42,444 nt of DNA from a virus. Location: IMG/VR virus record IMGVR_UViG_3300012347_000185, positions 1-42,444 of that record, one strand, 5' to 3'. Made by a program: the position numbers and the translations under genes. Every line of letters starts with the position of its first letter. The first letter of the stretch is position 1. The notes under the pieces were generated by a model. The model was not told where the DNA came from, ran no database searches, and was given only the letters and a program-made list of their open reading frames with translations. This document shows, one piece after another, positions 1 through 7,999 of the stretch.

Positions 1-258
1 GCCAAGCAGGCAGGCATCGACAACTTCGCCATGATCCACGACTCGTTCGGGACCACAGCAGGGGATGTCGAGCAGCTCTACCACACCGTCCGAGAGGGCT
101 TTGTGGAGATGTACGGAGACGTGGATGTGATCGAGTCCTTCCGGGATGAGATTCTCCAGCAGCTCTCCGAGAAGAACCGGGAGAAACTGGAAGCCCTGCC
201 TCAGCGTGGCAACTTGGATCTCTCTGAGGTGGTGAACAGTCGCTACTGCTTTGCCTGA
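1..258 (+). CDS. T7-like single-subunit RNA polymerase, C-terminal part (continues from 40134..42444 across the circular junction)
   Basis: Frame 1 reads AKQAGIDNFAMIHDSFGT...SRYCFA*. It has the HDSFGT motif and a T7-RNAP-style aromatic C-terminus. Bases 1-55 duplicate 42390-42444. Confidence 0.95.
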   Translation, partial: AKQAGIDNFAMIHDSFGTTAGDVEQLYHTVREGFVEMYGDVDVIESFRDEILQQLSEKNREKLEALPQRGNLDLSEVVNSRYCFA

Positions 259-275
259 TCGTTTACCAGTTGGCA

Positions 276-295
276 ATGGTTGCACAATTGGAATA
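276..295 (+). promoter_or_regulatory. Candidate phage-RNAP promoter, copy 1 (ATGGTTGCACAATTGGAATA)
   Basis: One of six near-identical + strand copies. Intergenic, between the RNAP stop and the SSB operon. Confidence 0.6.
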
Positions 296-319
296 CCCAA
301 ACTTTGAAAAGGAACCTCC

Positions 320-433
320 ATGTTTCAGATCATCATGCCTGATGGCACCTTCCGCATTGCCAACTCTGTAGCAGAGCGCAACCAGATCATTCGTGAAATG
401 AAAGAGGCCTACGCAGGCCATTACAACAACTAA
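320..433 (+). CDS. Small hypothetical protein (37 aa, MFQIIMPDGTFRIANSVAERNQIIREMKEAYAGHYNN)
   Basis: ATG preceded by AAAAGGAACC. Fills the gap between promoter copy 1 and the SSB gene. Below the ORF-track cutoff, and no homology recognised. Confidence 0.35.
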   Translation: MFQIIMPDGTFRIANSVAERNQIIREMKEAYAGHYNN

Positions 434-440
434 GGACTTT

Positions 441-1052
441 ATGAGTAAAGTTAAGAACCCCCGATACACAACGCCTGCAGGCATTGCACAGTATCCCTAT
501 TTGACCAAGCCGGACACCAAGTTCAATCCTGATGGCGAGTACAAGATCTCTGTAGAGATCCCTGGAGCAGCAGCTCAGGACATCGTCACCTTTTTGGATG
601 AGCAGTTCGAAGCCTCTGTGGCCAAGGCCAAGAAGGACAACCCAGGCAAGAAGATCAAGGAAGGCGATGTCCCGTACTCCGTCAACGACGATACAGGCAA
701 GGTCACCGTCCGCTTCAAGCTGAAGGCCAAGGTCACCCCCAAGCAGGGCGACCCCTTCGAGCAGCGCCCAGCTCTCTTCGATGCCAAGGGCAAGCCCATT
801 GGTGCCGATGCCAAGATTGGTGGCGGCTCCAAGGTCAAGGTGGCCTACGAGCTGGTGCCCTACTACACCGCCATTGCTGGTGCAGGCATCTCGCTGCGAC
901 TGAAGGCTGTCCAGGTCATCGATCTGGTCGAGTTCTCAGGTGGCGCAAGTTCCGAGGCTTATGGCTTCGGTGAAGAAGAGGGTTACGAAGCGGAAGATAC
1001 CCCCGCTGCACAGAATGGCTTTGCTGAAGAAACGTCCGACACGGACTTCTAA
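441..1052 (+). CDS. ssDNA-binding protein, T7 gp2.5-like
   Basis: 203 aa. N-terminal YPYL..PD motif region, acidic C-terminal tail ending DTDF (T7 gp2.5 ends with an acidic tail plus F). Sits after RNAP. Confidence 0.85.
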   Translation: MSKVKNPRYTTPAGIAQYPYLTKPDTKFNPDGEYKISVEIPGAAAQDIVTFLDEQFEASVAKAKKDNPGKKIKEGDVPYSVNDDTGKVTVRFKLKAKVTPKQGDPFEQRPALFDAKGKPIGADAKIGGGSKVKVAYELVPYYTAIAGAGISLRLKAVQVIDLVEFSGGASSEAYGFGEEEGYEAEDTPAAQNGFAEETSDTDF

Positions 1053-1461
1053 AAAGCCTCTGAGCACAGCTCAGGTCGGACTCAAGTATGGGTTCCGATC
1101 TGGTCTGGAAGAATCTATTGCAGAAGACCTCACCTCGAAAGGGGTGAGTTTTTCATACGAGGAACTTGTAATCCCGTATGTCAAGCCTGAAAAGCCTGCA
1201 AAATATACTCCAGACTTTGTGCTTCCGAATGGCATCATCATCGAGAGCAAAGGAAGATTTCTGACTGAAGACCGTCAGAAACATTTGCTTGTAAAGAAAC
1301 AACATCCAGAACTCGACATACGTTTTGTTTTCAGTAATTCGAGAACTAAAATTTCTAAGCGCAGCGCAACGACATACGCAGACTGGGCTATAAAGAACGG
1401 CTTCCTGTTCTCGGACAAATCAATTCCAGCAGAATGGATAAACGAGCATCCCAGCGTGTAG
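1015..1461 (+). CDS. Endonuclease I (T7 gp3-like Holliday junction resolvase)
   Basis: YTPDFVLPNGIIIESKG...DRQKHLLVKKQHPELDIRFVFSNSRTK...IPAEWI closely mirrors T7 endonuclease I. Internal ATG at 1015 chosen so that overlap with the SSB gene is only 38 nt. Confidence 0.9.
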   Translation: MALLKKRPTRTSKKPLSTAQVGLKYGFRSGLEESIAEDLTSKGVSFSYEELVIPYVKPEKPAKYTPDFVLPNGIIIESKGRFLTEDRQKHLLVKKQHPELDIRFVFSNSRTKISKRSATTYADWAIKNGFLFSDKSIPAEWINEHPSV

Positions 1462-1715
1462 TCGAAAGAGGCAAGCAGAGGCGACAAGAAGCTGTTGCTA
1501 GTAGGGGCGGCATTTGTGAAATGTGCCAAACGAAGTTTCCCTACTATGTCTTTGATTTCCACCACACTGATCCGTCAGAAAAACTGTTTGGACTTTCCGT
1601 CAAGCATTTTGCCGGAAACACTATGGAAAAAATAAATAAGGAGATGGGTAAGTGCGTTATGCTTTGTGCAAACTGCCATAGAATTACCCATTACGACAAT
1701 GGCATACAAAGCTAA
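1434..1715 (+). CDS. HNH endonuclease (probable homing endonuclease)
   Basis: 93 aa with CEMC...FHHTDP...N...CANCHRITH (HNH with Cys zinc knuckles). AT-richer than neighbours. Inserted between endonuclease I and lysozyme. Confidence 0.8.
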   Translation: MDKRASQRVVERGKQRRQEAVASRGGICEMCQTKFPYYVFDFHHTDPSEKLFGLSVKHFAGNTMEKINKEMGKCVMLCANCHRITHYDNGIQS

Positions 1716-2154
1716 TACAAAGAAGCGAGAGAAGACAGACTTCATCGCCATCCATTGCAGTGCTACAGGCAACCAGAACTTTGGTGCCTCGGACATCGAC
1801 AAGTGGCACCGCAAGAATGGCTGGGCCTGCATCGGATACCACTACGTCATCAAGCGTGACGGTACCGTGGAAGAGGGCCGTGAAGAGAGCGTGATTGGTG
1901 CCCATGTGGCCGACTGGAACTCAGTGTCCCTGGGTATCTGCATGGTCGGTGGCGTGAGTGCTGACGATCACACCAAGGCTGAGAACAACTTCACCAAGGC
2001 ACAGTTCGAGTCCCTGAAGAAGCTCTTGGTGGATCTCAAGGTGAGATACCCCAAGGCCAAGATCCAGGGTCACCGAGATTTCCCGAAAGTAGCTAAGGCC
2101 TGCCCATCGTTTGATGTGGCTGAGTGGCTGAAGGTTGCACAATTGGATAACTAA
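1699..2154 (+). CDS. N-acetylmuramoyl-L-alanine amidase (T7 gp3.5 lysozyme-like)
   Basis: TDFIAIHCSAT...GYHYVI.RDGTVEEGR...GAH...N..SLGICMVGG...GHRDF..KACPSFD matches the T7 lysozyme/PGRP amidase pattern. Start at MAYKAN. Confidence 0.9.
   Translation: MAYKANTKKREKTDFIAIHCSATGNQNFGASDIDKWHRKNGWACIGYHYVIKRDGTVEEGREESVIGAHVADWNSVSLGICMVGGVSADDHTKAENNFTKAQFESLKKLLVDLKVRYPKAKIQGHRDFPKVAKACPSFDVAEWLKVAQLDN
2131..2150 (+). promoter_or_regulatory. Candidate phage-RNAP promoter, copy 2 (AAGGTTGCACAATTGGATAA)
   Basis: Motif lies in the last codons of the amidase gene, 16 nt upstream of the primase-helicase start. Confidence 0.55.
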
Positions 2155-2165
2155 CCGAAAGATAT

Positions 2166-3779
2166 ATGGATAAGGACGAAAGTACATTTCTGAGACACAT
2201 CCCCTGTGAGAACTGCGGCTCGTCCGATGCCAATTCTTTGTACTCGGACAACCACCAGTTCTGCTTTGCCTGCAACACACACGTCAAGGGTGACGGTACA
2301 TGCACGGACGCACCAGTTCAGACCGAAAAGAAGGAACGAGGATTGATCTCTGGATCATACCAGGACCTGATCAAGAGAGGTATCCGAGAGGACACCTGCA
2401 GGAAGTTTGGCTACCAGGTTGGAGAGTACCAGGGTCGCACTGCCCAGATTGCCCCGTACTACGATGCGAGTGGAACCCTTATTGCCCAAAAGATCCGTAC
2501 CCCGAGTAAAGACTTCCCGGTCCTAGGGGATACCAAGGGTCAGTCCTCCTGCCTCTTTGGCTCTCAGCTCTGGAACTCAGGCAAGAAGATCATTGTCACC
2601 GAAGGTGAGATCGACTGCATGACAGTCAGTCAGGTCCAAGGGAACAAGTGGCCCGTGGTCTCTGTACCTAACGGTGCCAGTGGTGCAAAAAAATCCATTG
2701 CCAAAAATTTGGAGTACCTCAACAAGTTCGAAGAAGTCATCTTCATGTTCGACATGGATGAACCCGGAAAGGAAGCTGCCGCCGAGTGTGTGCAGCTCTT
2801 CGAACCAGGCAAGGCCAAGATCGCCACGCTCCCCTTCAAGGATGCCAATGAGTGCCTCCAGAAGGGTCAGCCTGAGGCTATCGTTTCCGCAATGTGGAAT
2901 GCCAAGGCCTATCGCCCTGACGGTATCCTGGCAGGTGAGGATCTCTGGGCTGAGGTGTCCTCCAACGAGGTCATCCCCTCCATCCCATACCCATGGGAGA
3001 AGCTGAACAGCATCACTCACGGTGCCCGTAAGGGTGAGCTGGTGACCATGACTGCAGGCTCAGGCGTGGGCAAGTCGGCCATCGTCCGAGAGATCGCCCA
3101 CCACCTCATCAAGTCAGGTGAGACCGTGGGCATGATCATGCTGGAAGAGAACCCAAAACGTACTGCTCTGGGCCTCATGGGCATCGAGCTAAACAAACCG
3201 CTCCATCTGAGCAGAGAGGGTGTAAGTGAAGCAGATATTAAAGCGTCTTTCGATAAGACTGTTGGTTCTGGTCGTGTGTATCTTTACAATCACTTTGGTT
3301 CTAGCGACATCGATAACCTTGTATCACGAGTTCGGTTCCTCGCTAAAGGCTGTGGTTGCAATTGGATTGTTCTGGATCATCTCTCTATCGTTGTCAGCGG
3401 TCTTGGTGACGGAGACGAACGCCGCCTTATCGACAACGCGATGACCTCCCTGCGTACCCTGGTTGAAGAGACCGGGGTTGGACTGTTCCTCGTGTCACAC
3501 CTGAAGCGTCCCTCGGATGGCAAGGGGCATGAGGAGGGGGCCAAGACTTCCCTGTCTCAGCTCCGTGGTTCAGCAGCTATCGGCCAGCTCAGTGACATGG
3601 TCATTGGTCTGGAGCGGAACCAGCAAAGCGACAATCCCAACGTAACAACTCTGCGTATCCTGAAGAACCGCTTTAGTGGTGAGACAGGGGAGGCGGGGTA
3701 CTTACTGTATGATCGTGACACTGGTCGTCTCTCGGAGACTACTGGTGATTTCAAAGACGAAACTCAATCGGAATTCTAA
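2166..3779 (+). CDS. Primase-helicase (T7 gp4-like)
   Basis: 537 aa. N-terminal Cys4 zinc finger (CENCGSSD...CFACNTH), TOPRIM VTEGEIDCM, Walker A GSGVGKS, DnaB-like C-terminal domain. Confidence 0.95.
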   Translation: MDKDESTFLRHIPCENCGSSDANSLYSDNHQFCFACNTHVKGDGTCTDAPVQTEKKERGLISGSYQDLIKRGIREDTCRKFGYQVGEYQGRTAQIAPYYDASGTLIAQKIRTPSKDFPVLGDTKGQSSCLFGSQLWNSGKKIIVTEGEIDCMTVSQVQGNKWPVVSVPNGASGAKKSIAKNLEYLNKFEEVIFMFDMDEPGKEAAAECVQLFEPGKAKIATLPFKDANECLQKGQPEAIVSAMWNAKAYRPDGILAGEDLWAEVSSNEVIPSIPYPWEKLNSITHGARKGELVTMTAGSGVGKSAIVREIAHHLIKSGETVGMIMLEENPKRTALGLMGIELNKPLHLSREGVSEADIKASFDKTVGSGRVYLYNHFGSSDIDNLVSRVRFLAKGCGCNWIVLDHLSIVVSGLGDGDERRLIDNAMTSLRTLVEETGVGLFLVSHLKRPSDGKGHEEGAKTSLSQLRGSAAIGQLSDMVIGLERNQQSDNPNVTTLRILKNRFSGETGEAGYLLYDRDTGRLSETTGDFKDETQSEF

Positions 3780-3980
3780 ATGACACAGAACGACATCATC
3801 ATTCATCACCTTATGCGCTCAGGCAGCATTTCGCAGCGTGAGGCACTGATCGACTACTCGATCCAGTCCCTGACAAAACGTATCAGCGAGTTGCGTGACG
3901 AGGGTTATGAGATCCAGACCCAGCACAAGAACCACCCAGTGACTGGCCAGCGTTACGCTCGGTATGTCCTGAAGAAGTAA
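3780..3980 (+). CDS. Small winged-helix-like protein (66 aa), function unknown
   Basis: Start abuts the helicase stop. SISQREALIDYSIQSLTKRISELRDEGY resembles an HTH or wHTH. Confidence 0.55.
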   Translation: MTQNDIIIHHLMRSGSISQREALIDYSIQSLTKRISELRDEGYEIQTQHKNHPVTGQRYARYVLKK

Positions 3981-3986
3981 AGATTA

Positions 3987-4137
3987 CGGAACGAAGCGTG
4001 ATGCGGTGGCACGGTTGCACGTTGGAGTGCATCGCCCCTCAAGTGGCTCGATTGCTTGATACTGCCGGGAGATATCCCATGGCTACACAGCAGTCTTGTT
4101 AGGGGTCTAGTGGGTTCGACTCCCACCGTTCCGACCA
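3987..4137 (+). ncRNA. tRNA-like element, 151 nt, non-canonical length
   Basis: CGGAACG (3987-3993) pairs perfectly with CGTTCCG (4127-4133). A canonical T arm GTGGG-TTCGACT-CCCAC (4110-4126) sits directly next to it, followed by A and an encoded CCA (4135-4137). I could not fold the interior into a normal cloverleaf by eye. Confidence 0.45.
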
Positions 4138-4165
4138 TACATTAACGCACGTCGAAAGGGACAGC

Positions 4166-5953
4166 GTGGCACTTATATTCGATTTAGAAACAGATGGATT
4201 GCTGGATGAAGTAAGCAAGATACATTGTTTGGTTATCAAGGACACAGAGACTGGTGAGGTTATCCAGTGTGACAGTGAGCACAACAACATTGAGCCTGGC
4301 CTCAAGCTGCTGACCAAGGGTGACATCATTGCTGGTCACAACGTCATCAAGTATGACCTTCCTGTAATCCAGAAACTGTACCCTTGGTTCAAGGTAGACC
4401 CCTCCAAGGTCTTCGATACCCTAGTTGCCACGCGACTGATCTGGGCGAACGTCAAGGACACTGACAACATCCTCCTCAAGCAGGAGAAACTCCCCGGCAA
4501 ACTCTTCGGGTCTCACTCACTGGCTGCTTGGGGCTATCGCCTTGGCAACTACAAGGGTGACTACTCGGGTGGCTGGGAGACCTTCTCTCAGGAGATGCTC
4601 GACTACTGCGTCCAGGACGTAGAGGTCACTGCAGCCCTGTACCAGAAGATCATCGACAAGGACTATGCACAGGAAGCCCTGAAGCTGGAGCACGAGGTGG
4701 CATGGCTCATGGCCAAGCAGGAGCGCAACGGTTTCCACTTCGATATGAAGAAAGCCGCTGAACTTCTGGCCACTCTGGTACAACGCCGGGGTGAGCTGGA
4801 GAGAGAGCTGAAGGAGTACTTCGGCTCTTGGGAAGTCCAGATGCCTGACTTCATACCCAAGGTCAACAACAAGACCCGTGGTTATGTGAAGGGTGTCCCT
4901 GTAGCCAAGGTCAAGATGGTGGAGTTCAACCCCTCATCTCGTGACCACATCGCAGATCGCTTGATCACCCTCTACGGGTGGAAGCCTGTGGATTTCACTG
5001 AGGGTGGCAAGCCCATGGTGGATGAAGTGGTGCTAGGCAAGCTGACCTACCCACCTTGCAAACAACTCACCGAGTACCTTCTCGTCCAGAAGCGAATCTC
5101 TCAGCTCAATGAGGGTGGCCAAGCCTGGATGAAGTGCGAAAAGAAAGGGAAGATCCATGGATCTATTAATCCGAACGGAGCAGTCACTGGACGTGCTACT
5201 CACAGTTACCCGAATATTTCTCAAGTGCCTTCTTCTGGCTCTCCTTATGGGCCTGAGTGCCGTGCTCTTTTTACTGTGCCTGATGATTGGGTCTTGGTGG
5301 GGGCAGATGCTTCTGGCCTAGAGCTGAGATGCCTGGCCCACTTCATGGCCAAGTGGGACGGTGGCAAGTATGCAGAGATCCTGTTGGGCGGTGACATCCA
5401 CACGGAGAACCAGAAAGCCGCTGGCCTATCAACTCGTAACCAAGCAAAGACATTTATCTATGCATTCCTCTACGGAGCCGGAGACGCAAAGATCGGCTCC
5501 ATTACTGGTGGAGCTGCAAGTGAGGGAAGGAAACTCAAACAGAAGTTTCTACGCTCGTTGCCAGCCCTTGGACGACTGGTTGAAGCTGTCCAATCGGCTG
5601 CTAAGCGAGGCTACCTCGTCGGGCTGGACGGGCGGCATATTCACGTTAGAAGTTCACACGCTGCACTGAACACCCTCCTGCAGGGTGCCGGGGCATTGAT
5701 CTGCAAGAAGTGGTTGGTCCTCCTAGAGGAACACCTACAGGCTGCAGGCTACAAGCACGGCTGGGATGGTGACTATGCCAACTGTGCATGGTCCCACGAT
5801 GAAGTGCAGATTGCCTGCAGAACACCAGAGATCGCTGAGGCTGTCCGCAAGATAGCTGAGGACTGTGTGTTGAAAGCTGGCGAGTACTTCGCTTTCCGCT
5901 GCCCAACTGCAGGTGAGTCCAAGGTCGGCAAGACCTGGGCTGACACCCATTGA
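4166..5953 (+). CDS. DNA polymerase, family A (T7 gp5-like)
   Basis: 595 aa, GTG start. Exo motif IFDLETDGL, pol motifs DASGLELR, QAKTFIYAFLYGAG, HDEVQ. Confidence 0.95.
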   Translation: MALIFDLETDGLLDEVSKIHCLVIKDTETGEVIQCDSEHNNIEPGLKLLTKGDIIAGHNVIKYDLPVIQKLYPWFKVDPSKVFDTLVATRLIWANVKDTDNILLKQEKLPGKLFGSHSLAAWGYRLGNYKGDYSGGWETFSQEMLDYCVQDVEVTAALYQKIIDKDYAQEALKLEHEVAWLMAKQERNGFHFDMKKAAELLATLVQRRGELERELKEYFGSWEVQMPDFIPKVNNKTRGYVKGVPVAKVKMVEFNPSSRDHIADRLITLYGWKPVDFTEGGKPMVDEVVLGKLTYPPCKQLTEYLLVQKRISQLNEGGQAWMKCEKKGKIHGSINPNGAVTGRATHSYPNISQVPSSGSPYGPECRALFTVPDDWVLVGADASGLELRCLAHFMAKWDGGKYAEILLGGDIHTENQKAAGLSTRNQAKTFIYAFLYGAGDAKIGSITGGAASEGRKLKQKFLRSLPALGRLVEAVQSAAKRGYLVGLDGRHIHVRSSHAALNTLLQGAGALICKKWLVLLEEHLQAAGYKHGWDGDYANCAWSHDEVQIACRTPEIAEAVRKIAEDCVLKAGEYFAFRCPTAGESKVGKTWADTH

Positions 5954-5954
5954 T

Positions 5955-6167
5955 ATGAACCGCAAGACATCCAACGAGATCCTTCACAGGGTTTACCGCA
6001 GTGGCCTATCTCTCCAGTCAGAGATGGCCCGACAGTTCGACCAAGAGATCGCCGCTCTGGCATCTCTCGGATTGATCACAACGAAAGTAGCCCCACACCA
6101 GTACGGGCGTATATGGCGAATAACGGAGGAGGGTCTGGGACTTCTCCGTGAAGAAGGATATCTATGA
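5955..6167 (+). CDS. Hypothetical protein (70 aa), wHTH-like
   Basis: ATG two nt after the DNAP stop. LASLGLITT...YGRIWRITEEG resembles a winged-helix wing. Confidence 0.55.
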   Translation: MNRKTSNEILHRVYRSGLSLQSEMARQFDQEIAALASLGLITTKVAPHQYGRIWRITEEGLGLLREEGYL

Positions 6168-6562
6168 GTGAAGAGATTGAACAGCAGGACGAGGCTGTAG
6201 AGCTGTTAGACTACCGAGTGTATCGACCAGAGAGCCTTGTGTTCATGGGTCGGAATATCTCTGTACAGTTTCTTGAAGAAGGTCCATGGGGTTCTGATGC
6301 CTTTGGTGATTTCTATGCCAAGGAACAACGCATCCGAATCTTGGAAGGCCTGACACCCATCGAAGAGATGGACACCTTCCTGCACGAGGTCATCCACATG
6401 ATCATGTATTACATGCGTATCATGATGGGCCAAGTGGACGAGGAGATGATTACCCACCGATTGGCCACAGGACTGTCCTCAGTTCTCGTGGAGAACCCAC
6501 ACGTTGCAGACTACATTGCTGCTATCACCACCACCAGTACAACTGATTTGACCAAGGAATAA
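6164..6562 (+). CDS. Hypothetical protein with HExxH motif (132 aa)
   Basis: ATGA start/stop overlap with the previous gene. FLHEVIHMI is a possible metallopeptidase-like motif, but the family was not recognised. Confidence 0.65.
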   Translation: MSEEIEQQDEAVELLDYRVYRPESLVFMGRNISVQFLEEGPWGSDAFGDFYAKEQRIRILEGLTPIEEMDTFLHEVIHMIMYYMRIMMGQVDEEMITHRLATGLSSVLVENPHVADYIAAITTTSTTDLTKE

Positions 6563-6563
6563 C

Positions 6564-7274
6564 ATGAAGATTGCTGACATGAGTGTTGAATATCTGGACC
6601 ACATGGGTTCAGACCTGACCGTTGTGAACGCAGCTCGGGTTAGCTTTGCCAAAGAGCACGAAGAGTTTGACCACACGACTGACCGGGGACTGATCAAGTA
6701 CCTGGCCAAGCATAACCACTGGTCTCCCTTCGCTCATTGCTCAGCATCCTTCCGTGTCAAGGCTCCGATCTTCGTGGCCCGTCAGTTGGTGAAGCACACC
6801 GTGGGCTTTAGTTGGAATGAGGTAAGCCGTAGGTATGTGAATGACGACCCTGAGTTCTTCATTCCTGACGTGTGGCGCAAGGCAGCAGAGAACGTGAAGC
6901 AGGGCAGCTCCGATGAGCCTGTGCTGTTCAGCAGTGACCCCGCACGAGCCTCTACCGCCGCATGTTTCGAGACCTACAAGTACATGCTGAAGCTGGGTGT
7001 CTGTGCTGAGCAGGCCCGTATGGTCCTCCCCCAGAACACCATGACCGAGTGGATCTGGAGCGGAACCCTCTACGCTTGGTCCCGTATGTGTACCTTGCGA
7101 CTGGACTCCCATACCCAGAAGGAAACCCGTGAGGTTGCCCAATTGGTATCCTCCACCATGGCTGAAGTATTTCCGACCTCGTGGGAATTTTTAATGAACA
7201 TTGAACAGAAAGAAAAGCCATGCGTGTTGCTCTCATCGATGCCGACATCCTCGCCTACCAAGCCGCTGCAGTAA
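6564..7274 (+). CDS. thyX: FAD-dependent thymidylate synthase ThyX-like
   Basis: HWSPFAH, divergent signature ...KHTVGFSWNEVSRRY, and later SHTQKETRE, consistent with phage ThyX. Confidence 0.75.
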   Translation: MKIADMSVEYLDHMGSDLTVVNAARVSFAKEHEEFDHTTDRGLIKYLAKHNHWSPFAHCSASFRVKAPIFVARQLVKHTVGFSWNEVSRRYVNDDPEFFIPDVWRKAAENVKQGSSDEPVLFSSDPARASTAACFETYKYMLKLGVCAEQARMVLPQNTMTEWIWSGTLYAWSRMCTLRLDSHTQKETREVAQLVSSTMAEVFPTSWEFLMNIEQKEKPCVLLSSMPTSSPTKPLQ

Positions 7275-7999
7275 GCGAGAAGGCAACTGACTGGGGTGAT
7301 GGGCTGTGGACCCTCCATGCCTTCGAGGAAGAGGCTGCACTGGCCTTCGAGACATCCCTGAACAGGGTCCTTGAGAAGGTCGAGGCGACCAACTTCTTCC
7401 TGGCCTTCTCGGACTCCCAGAACTGGCGTAAGGATGTCCTGCCGACCTACAAGGGTAACCGTGCAGAGACCCGTAAGCCCATGCTCCTCAAGTGGATCAG
7501 GCAGTACGCACAGAAGTACAACTGCATCACCATCCCCACCCTTGAAGGTGATGATGTGTTGGGTATCTGGGCGACCACCAAGAGCAAGCTCGACCCTGTC
7601 CGTGAGTTCATCATTTGCACAACCGACAAGGATCTGAAGACGATCCCCGGCAAGCACTACAACTTTGGACGCGATGAGTTCTTTGAGATCACCGAGCACC
7701 AGGCTGACAAGTGGCACATGGTCCAGACCCTCACAGGGGACACCACGGATGGCTATGCAGGCTGTCCTGGAGTTGGCCCTGTGGGTGCCGAGAAGATCCT
7801 CGCTAAGGCACTGGAGGAGGGCACCCCATGGGCTAACCCTCAGCAGCTCCGAGAGATCTACTGGAAGCACGTTGTTGCTGCCTATTCCAAGGCTGGGTTT
7901 GGTGAAGAGGAAGCTCTGGTCCAAGCCCGTGTTGCCCGTATCCTCCGTGCTGAGGACTACGATGACGTTCTAAAGAAAGTAATTTTATGGACCCCATGA
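7220..7999 (+). CDS. 5'-3' exonuclease (T7 gp6-like)
   Basis: LAFSDSQNWRK...YKGNR, LEGDDVLG, TTDKDLKTIP, TGDTTDGYAG, ARILR...ILWTP parallel T7 gp6 along its length. Confidence 0.88.
   Translation: MRVALIDADILAYQAAAVSEKATDWGDGLWTLHAFEEEAALAFETSLNRVLEKVEATNFFLAFSDSQNWRKDVLPTYKGNRAETRKPMLLKWIRQYAQKYNCITIPTLEGDDVLGIWATTKSKLDPVREFIICTTDKDLKTIPGKHYNFGRDEFFEITEHQADKWHMVQTLTGDTTDGYAGCPGVGPVGAEKILAKALEEGTPWANPQQLREIYWKHVVAAYSKAGFGEEEALVQARVARILRAEDYDDVLKKVILWTP

Noticed and set aside
263-484. 73-aa minus-strand ORF
   Set aside because: It spans promoter copy 1, the small + ORF and the SSB start. It runs against the otherwise uniform gene orientation and has no RBS.
3352-3368. Additional promoter-motif copies inside the helicase gene (GTGGTTGCAATTGGATT) and at 4012-4027 (CGGTTGCACGTTGGAG)
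   Set aside because: Both lack one or two bases of the CACAATTGG core, so spacing is altered. The first is inside a coding region. They are noted as near-matches and not counted as promoters.
7070-7924. 284-aa minus-strand ORF
   Set aside because: It is entirely antisense to the exonuclease gene, which has strong T7 gp6 similarity. There is no RBS and the composition is low-complexity. This is typical of mirror ORFs in GC3-rich genes.
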